Positions 38,807-48,065 of a DNA stretch of 64,000 bases are shown here, piece by piece. The stretch is taken from contig CBDCRW010000004.1 of the NCBI GenBank assembly GCA_965221125.1, forward strand, positions 672,001 to 736,000. The letters are read 5' to 3'. The notes beneath the pieces were generated by a model. That model worked only from the letters and a program-made list of their open reading frames with translations. It made no database searches and was not told the origin of the DNA. Position 1 is the stretch's first letter; every line of letters begins with the position of its first letter. Origin of the DNA: Alphaproteobacteria bacterium (GTDB taxonomy: Bacteria; Pseudomonadota; Alphaproteobacteria; UBA828). Both the position numbers and the translations under genes were made by a program.

Positions 38807-39832
38807 ATGACCCAACCCGCCACCATCTCCGCGGACTACACGCTCCGCCCGAGCGAGGTCGCCGCGACCCTCGCCCTGCTCGTCGAAGCCCGCCAGCCGG
38901 CGATGCTATGGGGCGCCCCGGGCACGGCGAAGTCGATGATCGCCCAGCAGGTCGCCGACGACGGCAACCGCCGCTATGTCGACGTCCGGGCGCTGCTTCT
39001 GGACCCCGTCGACCTGCGCGGCATCCCCTGGCGCGACAGCGACGGCCGCACCCGCTGGGCCCCGCCGGTATTCCTGCCCCCCACGAACGACACCGGCCTC
39101 TGGCTCATCAACCTCGAAGAGCTGCCGTCCTGCGTGCCGATGGTGCAGGCGGCGTTGTATCAGCTCGCGCTCGAACGCAAGGTCGGCGAGTACGCGCTCC
39201 CGGAGGGCGCATCGCTGATTGCCTGCGGCAACCGCGAGGGCGACCGCGGCGTGGTCCACCGCATGCCGACCCCGCTGGCGTCGCGCTTCGTCCACCTGGA
39301 GATCCGGGTCGACGCCGATGACTGGCTCGCCTGGGGCGCGGCCAACGGCATCGCGGCCGAGGTGCTGTTCTTCATCCAGCTCGAGCCGACGCTTCTCCAC
39401 CAGTTCGACCCGCAGTCGAAGGAGAAGGCGTTTCCGTGCCCGAGGACGTGGCATTTCACGAGCAACATCGTGCATCGCCGCAACGGCCTCGACCCGTCGG
39501 TCGAGCGCGCGCTGCTGCGCGGCACCATCGGCGAGGCCGCCGCGGTCGAGTTCGCGGCGTTCCTCAAGGTCTGGCGCGAGCTGCCCCATCCCCGCGCCGT
39601 CATCGGCGATCCCGGGAACGCCGACATCCCCGAGAACGCGAGCGCGCTGATGGCGCTCTGCGGCTCGCTCTACCGCATGGCAAGCGACGTCAACTTCGAC
39701 GCCATCGTGACCTATGCGGCGCGGCTCAGGCGCGAGGTGGGCGAGTTCCTCGTCGGCTCCTGCGTGCGCCGGGAGCCGGGGTTGCAGCGCTCGCCCGACT
39801 TCATCCGCTGGGCCGCCGCCAGGACCCAATGA
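38807..39832 (+). CDS. MoxR-type/AAA_5 ATPase, paralogue 2 (341 aa)
   Basis: GAPGTAKS, NLEEL, ACGNR, PLASRFVH; collinear with 15606-16631. Confidence 0.88.
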   Translation: MTQPATISADYTLRPSEVAATLALLVEARQPAMLWGAPGTAKSMIAQQVADDGNRRYVDVRALLLDPVDLRGIPWRDSDGRTRWAPPVFLPPTNDTGLWLINLEELPSCVPMVQAALYQLALERKVGEYALPEGASLIACGNREGDRGVVHRMPTPLASRFVHLEIRVDADDWLAWGAANGIAAEVLFFIQLEPTLLHQFDPQSKEKAFPCPRTWHFTSNIVHRRNGLDPSVERALLRGTIGEAAAVEFAAFLKVWRELPHPRAVIGDPGNADIPENASALMALCGSLYRMASDVNFDAIVTYAARLRREVGEFLVGSCVRREPGLQRSPDFIRWAAARTQ

Positions 39833-39978
39833 GGGAGAAGCCCATGGTCTGGCGCATCGTCCATTACCCCGCCGGCCCCGCGCCGTCGCGCGACTACGCG
39901 GTGCGGGCGCCCACCCTCATTGCAGCGAAGCGGAAGCTCGCCGCCGCCCTCCAAGTCCCCTTGTGGACGCTCCGTTAG
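39829..39978 (+). CDS. Small hypothetical protein (44-49 aa)
   Basis: ATGA overlap with the ATPase stop; fills the operon gap. Confidence 0.45.
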   Translation: MREKPMVWRIVHYPAGPAPSRDYAVRAPTLIAAKRKLAAALQVPLWTLR

Positions 39979-39996
39979 CCCCAGAGGAGAGAGCCC

Positions 39997-40896
39997 ATGA
40001 ACCTCACCGACGACGCCATGCAGGTGTCCTTGCGCATCACCGCCTGGTCCGGCCGGCTCTACGACCGCCAGGCGAGCAACCACGTCGCCGTCCAGCACGA
40101 GGCCTCGACCAGCGCCGGGCGCTACAACAAGCGCCTGCTGCCCAAGGCCGCCCTGGCCGCGCTCACCGCGACGGTCAGCGCATGCAGGACCGCGCATTAC
40201 GAACAGACCCTGCCGTGGGACGACCAGGGCTCGCGGCTGCTGACCGTCGCCAACTACGAGCACTACACGGAGCTCATGGACGGGTTCCGCGAGCGCATGG
40301 TGCGCGACCGCGCCCGTTTCATCGAGGATTACGACAACAATGTCGACCAGGCCCGGCTCGACCTCGGCAAGCTCTTCCGCATCGAGGACTATCCCTCCAA
40401 GGAGGCGCTCCAGGGCAAGTTCTCGATCCGCTACCGCATCACTCCGGTGCAGGACGCCGAGCAGTTCATGGCGAAACTCGCGACCGACGATGTGGACCGG
40501 ATCAGGCGCGACATCGAGTGCCAGATCGAGGAGCGCCTGCACGATGCGGTGGGCGATCTCTACCGCCGCTTCGGCGAAGCGGTCGAGCGGGTCTCGGAGC
40601 GGCTGCGGGAGGACGAGAACGGCAAGCCGCTGGTGTTCCGGGATTCGATGATCTCCAACATCCGCGACCTCGTCGATGTGGTGCCGCGGCTCAACATCTT
40701 CGGCGACGACGAGCTCGCGCGCCTCTGCGAGCAGGTGAAGGAGAAGATCGCGAGCGTCGAGCCCGACGCGCTCCGGCCGTCGAAGTCGTTCGATCCCGTG
40801 GCGCGTGCGCGGGTGAAGCGCGACGCCGACGAGCTGATGGAGAAGTTCGCGGGCTATTTCGCGGCGCCCGCCGAGCCGGTGCGGGAGGCCGCGTGA
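39997..40896 (+). CDS. DUF3150-like helical protein
   Basis: AGGAG RBS; TLPWDDQGSRLL, DYPS, FRDSMISN, LNIFGD; lies between MoxR and VWA genes. Confidence 0.65.
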   Translation: MNLTDDAMQVSLRITAWSGRLYDRQASNHVAVQHEASTSAGRYNKRLLPKAALAALTATVSACRTAHYEQTLPWDDQGSRLLTVANYEHYTELMDGFRERMVRDRARFIEDYDNNVDQARLDLGKLFRIEDYPSKEALQGKFSIRYRITPVQDAEQFMAKLATDDVDRIRRDIECQIEERLHDAVGDLYRRFGEAVERVSERLREDENGKPLVFRDSMISNIRDLVDVVPRLNIFGDDELARLCEQVKEKIASVEPDALRPSKSFDPVARARVKRDADELMEKFAGYFAAPAEPVREAA

Positions 40897-42284
40897 TGAC
40901 CACCCGCGTGATCGAGGAATCCGCGCAGCGCGTGAGCGACGGCGTGACCGAGCTTCTGCGCAAGCAGCCCTTCTTCGGGAGCCTCGCGCTCAGGCTCCCG
41001 CTCAGGGCCGACCCGAGCCGGGAGACGCTGGCGAGCGACGGGCACGAGATCCGCTACTCGCCCCGATGGGTCGCGGCCACCGACGCGCACCTCATCGAGA
41101 CCGCGATAGCGCGCGTGGTGATGGCGTGCGCGCTGAAACACCACACCCGCCGGGGCGAGCGCGACCCCGAGCGCTGGCAGATGGCCTCGCAGCTCGTCAC
41201 CCATGCGCTCATTCGCGACGCGGGCTTCACCCTGCCGCCCGACGCCGAGGCGCTGGAGGGGGTGAGCGTGGAGGAGGCATACGACCGCCTGCCCGAGCCC
41301 CGCGACGACGACCCCGGCAATGACGGCGATTCGCCTCCGCCCGGCGGCCAGCCCTCCGGCGCAGGCGTTGGCGACGGGGCTTCGCCCGACACGGCGGACA
41401 GCGACGGCGCGCCGGATGCCGGTGACGGACAGGGCCAGGACGATGCCGGCGATGACGACCAGGGCGGGAACGGACCCGGCGGGGACGGGCAGGACCGCGA
41501 TGACGGTTCCGATGCGCCGGCAAGCCACGATCCTTCTGGCACCGGGGAGATCATGGATGCGGGCGCCCGGGGCGACGGAGACGGCGATGCCGGTGACGGC
41601 GAGACGCCGGTGGACGTCACCGCCGAAGAGCAGGCGTGGGACGAGGCCATGCACCAGGCCATGAACCTCGCCAGGGCCGAGGGCAAGCTGCCGGGCGGGG
41701 TCGAGGAGACGGTGAAGAACGCCCACGCCAGCACGCTCGACTGGCGGAGCCTCCTGCGCCGCTACATGACCGATGCCGCGCGCCGCGACTACAGCTGGAG
41801 CCTCCCCAACCGGCGCTTCATCGACGGCGGTCTCTATCTTCCCTCCATCCGCTCCGAGGGCATGGAGGCGATCGCGGTCATCATCGACACGTCGGGCTCG
41901 CTGCCGGCCCGGACCCTCGACGAATTCTGGGCCGAACTCCGCGAGATCGCGGCCGAGATCCAGCCGGAGAGCGTCCACGTGCTCCAGGTCGACGCCGCGC
42001 TGCAGGACGCGGCGGAGTACGCGCCGGACGACCTGCCCGAGGAGATCGTCGTCAAGGGCCGGGGCGGCACCGACTTCCGCCCAGGCTTCGAGTGGCTCGA
42101 CGAGCAGGGGATACAGCCCGCCGTCTGCCTCTACTTCACCGACATGGAGTGCTCCGACTACCCCGAGGCCGAGCCCGGCTTCGATGTTATCTGGGCGAAC
42201 TGGGGTCCGCCTCCGTCCGGCTGGAACCGCGAGCCCTGGGGCGAGCGCATCGACATCGCCACCGACCGGGCAGCCCGATCATGA
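40896..42284 (+). CDS. DUF2201-type metallopeptidase-like + acidic linker + VWA-like protein (462 aa)
   Basis: PFFGSLA, LDWRSLLR, IIDTSGS (MIDAS), GRGGTDF, YFTD; TGATG coupling with the upstream gene. Confidence 0.85.
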   Translation: MTTRVIEESAQRVSDGVTELLRKQPFFGSLALRLPLRADPSRETLASDGHEIRYSPRWVAATDAHLIETAIARVVMACALKHHTRRGERDPERWQMASQLVTHALIRDAGFTLPPDAEALEGVSVEEAYDRLPEPRDDDPGNDGDSPPPGGQPSGAGVGDGASPDTADSDGAPDAGDGQGQDDAGDDDQGGNGPGGDGQDRDDGSDAPASHDPSGTGEIMDAGARGDGDGDAGDGETPVDVTAEEQAWDEAMHQAMNLARAEGKLPGGVEETVKNAHASTLDWRSLLRRYMTDAARRDYSWSLPNRRFIDGGLYLPSIRSEGMEAIAVIIDTSGSLPARTLDEFWAELREIAAEIQPESVHVLQVDAALQDAAEYAPDDLPEEIVVKGRGGTDFRPGFEWLDEQGIQPAVCLYFTDMECSDYPEAEPGFDVIWANWGPPPSGWNREPWGERIDIATDRAARS

Positions 42285-42541
42285 CGCGCGCGATCCACGG
42301 CGCCCCCGCCGAGGCGCTCAGGCGCGCGCTGGAAGCGCTGTCGCAACTCTCGTTCTGGATCGCCTGGACGGCCGACCCCGATCTGTACCCCGACGCCCCG
42401 GTCAGCACCCGCTGCCTGCGCGATGCCGCAGGCGGTCTTCGCAAGGCCGCCGGTCTCCTCGACGACGCCGCGGAACAGGTCGAGGCACAATACGAACCCG
42501 GCTTCGACATACGCCATCGTGCGCAAGACGGTCGGCCATGA
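42281..42541 (+). CDS. Hypothetical protein (86 aa)
   Basis: ATGA overlap with the VWA gene stop. Confidence 0.5.
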   Translation: MTRAIHGAPAEALRRALEALSQLSFWIAWTADPDLYPDAPVSTRCLRDAAGGLRKAAGLLDDAAEQVEAQYEPGFDIRHRAQDGRP

Positions 42542-42655
42542 TACGGCGCTTCCGGAGCCGGGCGCCCGGGCGGTTCATGCAACGCGGCGACCAACGCCAC
42601 ATCCATCCGGAGCACGTCGCGGCACGTCGCGGCGTGGACATCGGGCCGACCTCAG

Positions 42656-42668
42656 GCTACATTGTAGC
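42656..42668. promoter_or_regulatory. Palindromic operator of dinJ/relB-yafQ
   Basis: GCTACA-T-TGTAGC just upstream of the antitoxin RBS. Confidence 0.6.
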
Positions 42669-42688
42669 TCAATCAGGAGGATCGACAC

Positions 42689-42946
42689 ATGAGCACCGTC
42701 GTTCGGGCCCGCATCGACGAAAAGACCAAGCAGGAAGCCGCCGCCGTGCTCGACGCGATCGGCCTCACCGTGTCCGACGCCTTCCGCCTGATGATGGTGC
42801 GGATCGCGGCCGAGAAACGCCTGCCGTTCGAGCCCCTGGTGCCGAACGCGGAGACCGTAGCGGCCATGGAGGCCGCGCGGCGGGGCGACCTGGTCACGGT
42901 CGGCGATGTCGACGGCCTGACGGCCGACCTTCATGCGGACGATTAG
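42689..42946 (+). CDS. dinJ: RelB/DinJ antitoxin
   Basis: VVRARIDEKTKQEAAAVL..GLTVSDAFRL....LPFEPLVPNAET. Confidence 0.88.
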   Translation: MSTVVRARIDEKTKQEAAAVLDAIGLTVSDAFRLMMVRIAAEKRLPFEPLVPNAETVAAMEAARRGDLVTVGDVDGLTADLHADD

Positions 42947-43197
42947 ACGGACCGCGGCCTTCAAGCGGGATTACAGGCGCGAGAAGAGGGGCCGCTTCGC
43001 CAGGACCGTCGATGCCGAACTGGCGGAGGCCCGGCCGATCCCGCCGCGCCATCGCAACCACGCGCTTGGCGGGCAATGGAAGGGGGCTTACAAGGAAATG
43101 TCGACGGCGAGGCCATCCGCCGACCGGCCTCTTTCGATGCCTCCATGGCCGTTGCCGTAGAAGCGGGGATGGCTCCATGCCAGGCAAGGGGGTGCCC

Positions 43198-43884
43198 GTG
43201 CAATTCGACATAAATGTGCTCCCCGAGCCGCAGAGACGGCTGTGGGAGGTGCTTGACGGTACGCCGTCGGGCTTCGTTCTTTACGGAGGCACGGCGCTTG
43301 CATTGAGGCTGGGGCATCGTCAGTCCGTCGATTTCGATTTCTTTTCTCGCGACGCCTTCCAGCCCGATGCGCTCCGAAGGAACATTCCCTACTTGAGCGG
43401 AAGCCTGACGATCCGAAGCGAGGAAAACACCTTGTCATGCGTTCTGAACCTGGATGGCGAGGTGATGGTGTCGTTTTTCGGAGGCCTCCGCATGTCCAGC
43501 GTCAACGACCCGGACAAAGCGGACGGATCTGGCATTCTTGTGGCGTCTTTGCCGGATATCGCCGCGACAAAGGCGGCTGCGGTTCAATCGCGCGCCAGCG
43601 CCAAGGACTATATCGACCTGGACGCCCTGCTGCGATCCGGTCTCTCGCTTGAGGAGGCGCTGGGGGCCGCCAATGCCGTATTCGGCCCTGAGTTCAATCC
43701 TCTGGTGACGCTCAAGGCGCTTGCTCATTACGCAGACGGCAATCTGCACCAGGTGCCGAATGAGGTTCGTGAAAACCTGACGAAAGCCGTTGCTGCGGTC
43801 GATGTTCAGAACCTTCCGGTATTCGAGCCGCGCGCACGCCTTTGTCCCGACGAAACAGGAACGGAGCACGACAATGGCTTCTGA
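43198..43884 (+). CDS. AbiEii/AbiGii-family nucleotidyltransferase toxin
   Basis: FVLYGGTALALRLGHRQSVDFDFF, KAAAVQSRASAKDYIDL. Confidence 0.88.
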   Translation: MQFDINVLPEPQRRLWEVLDGTPSGFVLYGGTALALRLGHRQSVDFDFFSRDAFQPDALRRNIPYLSGSLTIRSEENTLSCVLNLDGEVMVSFFGGLRMSSVNDPDKADGSGILVASLPDIAATKAAAVQSRASAKDYIDLDALLRSGLSLEEALGAANAVFGPEFNPLVTLKALAHYADGNLHQVPNEVRENLTKAVAAVDVQNLPVFEPRARLCPDETGTEHDNGF

Positions 43885-44338
43885 GATTTCGGATGACGCC
43901 CCCGGAACAAGGAAGGCGGCCCCGGACTCCGATCCGGGGAGGCAGACGCTGCTTGAGGTTGCGCGGCGGGTGGTATGGTTCCAACCGCCTCACGAGACGC
44001 TGCGCGACGAGGTCCAGTTCCTGAACCATGTGATGATCTACGGCTCCTCGGAGGATACGGCGACGGTCCGCCGCGCCTATGGCGACGAGGCACTGCGCGA
44101 TGCCTTGCGCAATGCCTGGCCCGGGATCTTCGATCCACGCTCCTGGTCCTACTGGCACACGGTTCTCGGGATGCTGCCCGTGCCCCCGATGCGCGTTCGG
44201 CAGTTCCCCGCGGAGCCGGGGGAAGCGGTTCCCGAGGTGAGCCCGGCCATTCAGGGGCATGGCGGCCCTCCAAGAGGCCGGGGGACCGGGGCGCCGGACC
44301 GAAACATGCCTGCTCCGGCTCCAGGCCCGTCCGACTGA
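43874..44338 (+). CDS. Putative partner/antitoxin of the AbiEii-like gene
   Basis: Overlaps the toxin stop; ARRVVWF..FLNHVMIYG..PGIFDPRSWSYWH. Confidence 0.6.
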   Translation: MASEISDDAPGTRKAAPDSDPGRQTLLEVARRVVWFQPPHETLRDEVQFLNHVMIYGSSEDTATVRRAYGDEALRDALRNAWPGIFDPRSWSYWHTVLGMLPVPPMRVRQFPAEPGEAVPEVSPAIQGHGGPPRGRGTGAPDRNMPAPAPGPSD

Positions 44339-45032
44339 TCCCCCTTCTTCGCGGAGTACCCGCTCCCGGCACCGTCTTCCGATGAGCGGGGTTTCGTGTT
44401 TGGGCCGTGGCGCCGAACAGGAATTGGCGCCTTGCTGCTGCGCGCTCCCGCGGCAGGGAGGCGCTCCGCCAACCTTTCCTTGCAAGTCCCAATGGAAGAA
44501 CCACCGGGACTGTCACGTCCGGCCCGATCTGGTCCTGATCTACCGCAAGCCCGACGCCGGACATCTCGATCTCGTGCGTCTCGGCTCGCACAGCCAACTC
44601 GGCCTCTGACCGGCCGCGCCTTCCGGACCCCCGCGATCCCCGCCCTCCAATAGTCGGCCGACGCTCCGGTCCACGACCCGAGGCACTTTCCCCAGGGCCG
44701 GCCGCCGCTCATCCGCCGTCGCCCGCGCGCCGTCTTCCACCGTTTCCGATACCGCCGCACCGCACCGTCCGCCGTTTCCGGCGGCGGCGACGGTCGGGCT
44801 GCGCCTCCCGGAGCCGGAGAGCAGCCGGTCGGGGGCGGGCGTGGGCAGGCGGCGAGAGCCGGCTGCGCCGCGCCGGTGCAACCCTCTGTTGTTTTCCGGT
44901 CTAGCCGGATAGAAGCACGGGTTTTTTTCTCACTTTGATTGGTTGGTGGATTTCCCGGGATGGTGGCCGAGTGCGGGAAGGACGCTGCCTGCGGCATTTT
45001 TTTGATCCTCAGCAGAATCCTCATTGCTGTTG

Positions 45033-45166
45033 AAGCTGTGGAGCGGTGGGCGCGAGATCGGCGAGTGTGGTCAGGCGGTGGGCAAGCGCCAGCTTGTCCA
45101 CGGGCTGTCCACACGGTCCGCAGGACGCCGATCGGTCCGCAGGACGCGTCCACGGCTCCACAGCTT
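45033..45166. other. Long imperfect hairpin in transposon leader (copy B)
   Basis: 12-bp perfect closing stem, nested GATCGGCG/CGCCGATC and GTGGGCAAGC/GCTTGTCCAC stems, CGGTCCGCAGGACGC x2. Confidence 0.7.
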
Positions 45167-45255
45167 GGCGGCGGCGGGGAGCGTCCGTAATCTTGGCCTC
45201 TCACTGAACGACAAAGAGAGGCCCGGGGGACGGAACTCCCGCCGGGCCAGGGCCG

Positions 45256-45891
45256 GTGCAGCTTCGCTACGAAACGGGGCTCACCAGCGAGGAATACGTT
45301 AAGACCGAGGCGTGGCGCGACGCAAGGCTTGAGCGCTGCCCGAATCACCCGCACGGCGGATGTTCTGTGGCAAGCCACGGCACCTACGAGCGGAAGACCC
45401 CGCCCGGCGCAAGGGTTCCTCGCTGGTATTGCCGTGAGAGCCATACGACCATCGGCCTGCTGGCCGACTGTCTGGCGGCGCGGCTGCCGGGCACGCTCGA
45501 TGCGCTGGAAGCGGTTGTTGTCGTGGCGGAGGAGGCCGGCAGCCTGGAGGAGGCAGCGGACGAGGTGCGCTGCCCCGAGGACGAGGACGCCATCGAGCTT
45601 CCCGGCGCCGTGCGTTGGATCCGCCGCAGGCTGAAGCTTGTGCACGACGCGCTTGTGCGCGTCATCGGCCTGATCCCCGACCTGCTCGCGGGCTGCGCGC
45701 CCACCATGAGCGCGGTGCGCGAGCGTCTGAAGAGCGACAGCGCGTTGATGGAACTGCGCGGCCTGGTCGCCGGGCAGCTCCGGACGCTACCCGCGCCTCT
45801 GGGCTTCCAACCCCACGGCATCGACGTGGGGAATCGCAAACCGCAGTTCCAACAACGGGCGGGGCCGGACCCGCCGCCGGAGAGTTCGTAG
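45256..45891 (+). CDS. Cys/His-rich putative Zn-binding transposon protein (DUF6431-like)
   Basis: Identical to 3576-4211. Confidence 0.6.
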   Translation: MQLRYETGLTSEEYVKTEAWRDARLERCPNHPHGGCSVASHGTYERKTPPGARVPRWYCRESHTTIGLLADCLAARLPGTLDALEAVVVVAEEAGSLEEAADEVRCPEDEDAIELPGAVRWIRRRLKLVHDALVRVIGLIPDLLAGCAPTMSAVRERLKSDSALMELRGLVAGQLRTLPAPLGFQPHGIDVGNRKPQFQQRAGPDPPPESS

Positions 45892-45936
45892 CGTGACGAT
45901 CCCGGGGCCAGGGAGTCCCTGAACGAGGATCGCACC

Positions 45937-47265
45937 ATGAACAGCTCAGACGACGACCTTCGCCAACAGATCGCGCTCTTCCGATACGACGTCATCGCCG
46001 ATCTGGTGCATCTGCCCGTGGGTGCACCGGGTGCCGGCGCGATGATGCGCGCCAAAGCCGAGAAGACCTACACGATCCCCGGAACCACCAGGACCCGGGT
46101 CGCCGCCGAGACCATGCGGCGCTGGATCAAGGACTACCGCTACGGCGGCTTCGACGCGCTCTACCCCAAGCCCCGCACCGACCGGGGGAAGCCCCGGCGG
46201 CTGCCGCCCGAGGTCGCCGAGCGCCTCATCGCGCTGAAGACCGAGAACGACGCATTGTCGGTTCGCGCCATCATCCAGAAGGTCAAGGAGGAGGGTATCG
46301 ACCACCCGCTCGCCTCGTCCACCGTGCACCGCCTCTTCAGCCGCGAGGGCCTGTTCGACAAGAAGCCGCCCGACGGGGCGGATCGCCGCCGCTTCGCCTT
46401 CCGGCATGCCGGCGAGATGTGGATGAGCGACGTCATGCACGGACCCAAGGTCCGGCACGGCCGAACCCGGCGCAAGACCTACCTGATCGCCTTCATCGAC
46501 GACGCCACCCGCGTCATCCCGTTCGCCGCCTTCGCCATGGCGGAGAACACTGCGGCGTTCCTGCCGGTGTTCAAGGACGCGCTGATCCGGCGCGGCCTCC
46601 CGGCCCGCTTGTACGTCGACAACGGAAGCGCCTACCGCTCCCGTCATCTCTCCCTGGTCTGCGCCAGGCTCGGCGTTGCGTTGATTCACGCAAGGGCGTT
46701 CCAGCCAGCGGGAAAGGGTAAGATCGAGCGCTTCTTCCGCACCCTCCGGGCCGGCTGGCTCCGCCACCTCGGCGATGACGTCGACAGCCTGGAGGCGCTC
46801 AACCGCAGCCTCTGGGCCTGGATCGAGGGGGAGTATCACAACAGCCCGCATCGTGGCCTCGACGAGGGGCGCACCCCGCTTGAGCAGTGGGCGCTGGCCT
46901 CGGCCGGCGTGCGCTATCCCGACGCCACCATGGACCTCGACGATCTGTTCCTCTTCGAGGCCAGGCGCCGTGTCTACAAGGACCGCACCGTTAGTCTGAA
47001 CGGCCGCGTCTACGAGGTCGACGCCCTCCTGGTGGGTCAGAACGTCATCCTGCGCTACGACCCGGCCGCGCCGCCCTCGCGCCCTCTCGACGTGGTCCAT
47101 GACGGCAAGCCGGCCGGCAAGGCCAGCCCTCTCGACGCCTACGCCAATACCGCCGTCAGGCGCACCTACCCGGCCAGGGAGATCGAGGCCGAAGATCCGG
47201 CGCCCGAGCCTCCGCCCTCGCCGCTGGCCATGCGCAACCTCAAGGACAAGAAGGAGGACGAGTGA
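45937..47265 (+). CDS. DDE transposase (Mu/TnsB-like)
   Basis: Identical to 2202-3530. Confidence 0.92.
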   Translation: MNSSDDDLRQQIALFRYDVIADLVHLPVGAPGAGAMMRAKAEKTYTIPGTTRTRVAAETMRRWIKDYRYGGFDALYPKPRTDRGKPRRLPPEVAERLIALKTENDALSVRAIIQKVKEEGIDHPLASSTVHRLFSREGLFDKKPPDGADRRRFAFRHAGEMWMSDVMHGPKVRHGRTRRKTYLIAFIDDATRVIPFAAFAMAENTAAFLPVFKDALIRRGLPARLYVDNGSAYRSRHLSLVCARLGVALIHARAFQPAGKGKIERFFRTLRAGWLRHLGDDVDSLEALNRSLWAWIEGEYHNSPHRGLDEGRTPLEQWALASAGVRYPDATMDLDDLFLFEARRRVYKDRTVSLNGRVYEVDALLVGQNVILRYDPAAPPSRPLDVVHDGKPAGKASPLDAYANTAVRRTYPAREIEAEDPAPEPPPSPLAMRNLKDKKEDE

Positions 47266-48065
47266 TGTACCTGCGCCACTTCGCCTTCACCCGCCTGCCC
47301 TTCGAGACCCCGGCAGAGACCGACGAGCTGTTCGAGTCCAACGCGCGCCGCGAGGCCGAGGCCAGGCTCGGCCACCTCATCGACCTGCGCGGCATCGGCC
47401 TGCTCACCGGCGAGGTGGGCTCCGGCAAGACCACCGTGTGCCGGCATCTGACCGCGCAGCTTCATCCAGGCCTCTACCGGGTCCACTACGTCTCGCTGAC
47501 CACGGGCAACGTGCTCGACATGTACAAGGCGATCGCGTGGGAGATCGGCCTGCCCATCGAGCGCTCCCGCGCCTCGGCCTATCAGGCCATCCGAAACGAG
47601 ATCTCCCGCCTCGTCACCGAGGCCAAGCAGCTGCCGGTCCTCGTCATCGACGAGGCCCATCATCTGCGCAACGACGTCCTTGAGGACCTGCGCCTGCTCA
47701 CCAACTTCGCCATGGATGCAGAGCAGCGCCTGTGCCTCGTCCTCGTCGGTCTGACCGAGCTCAGGCGCCGCCTGGCCATGGCCATGCACGAATCCCTCAG
47801 CCAGCGCCTCGTCGTCCGCCACCACCTGAGCGGTCTCGACCGCGACGAGGTCGACGCTTACATCAAGCACCGCCTCAGGCTCGCGGGATGCGAACTGCCG
47901 CTGTTCGAAGAGCCCGCCGTCGAGGCCCTGTTCCAGGGCGCGCGCGGCCTGCCGCGCCAGATCAACCGCATCGCCCACTACGCGCTCTCCGCCGCCGCTC
48001 TCGACGAGGCGAGGACCGTCAGTGCCGACCACCTGCAGCACGCGCTCGAGGAACTGCGGCCATGA
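47262..48065 (+). CDS. ExeA/TnsC-like AAA+ ATPase
   Basis: Identical to 1402-2205. Confidence 0.88.
   Translation: MMYLRHFAFTRLPFETPAETDELFESNARREAEARLGHLIDLRGIGLLTGEVGSGKTTVCRHLTAQLHPGLYRVHYVSLTTGNVLDMYKAIAWEIGLPIERSRASAYQAIRNEISRLVTEAKQLPVLVIDEAHHLRNDVLEDLRLLTNFAMDAEQRLCLVLVGLTELRRRLAMAMHESLSQRLVVRHHLSGLDRDEVDAYIKHRLRLAGCELPLFEEPAVEALFQGARGLPRQINRIAHYALSAAALDEARTVSADHLQHALEELRP

Larger units (their letters stand above)
43083..44490 (+). mobile_element. Non-autonomous TIR cassette carrying an AbiEii-like pair
   Basis: 25-bp TIRs GGGGCTTACAAGGAAATGTCGACGG vs GGGACTTGCAAGGAAAGGTTGGCGG (20/25); 8-bp TSD AATGGAAG at 43075-43082 and 44491-44498; no transposase. Confidence 0.9.
42933..44609 (+). 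pseudogene. yafQ: YafQ toxin gene interrupted by a 1.4-kb cassette
   Basis: 42933-43082 gives MRTIRRTAAFKRDY..HALGGQWK; 44499-44609 gives NHRDCHVRPDLVLIYRK..LVRLGSHSQLGL; in frame after removing the insert and one TSD copy. Confidence 0.9.

Noticed and set aside
39714-43884. 856-aa and 703-aa ORFs from the track
   Set aside because: Stop-free extensions in GC-rich DNA; the real genes start at 40896 and about 43198.
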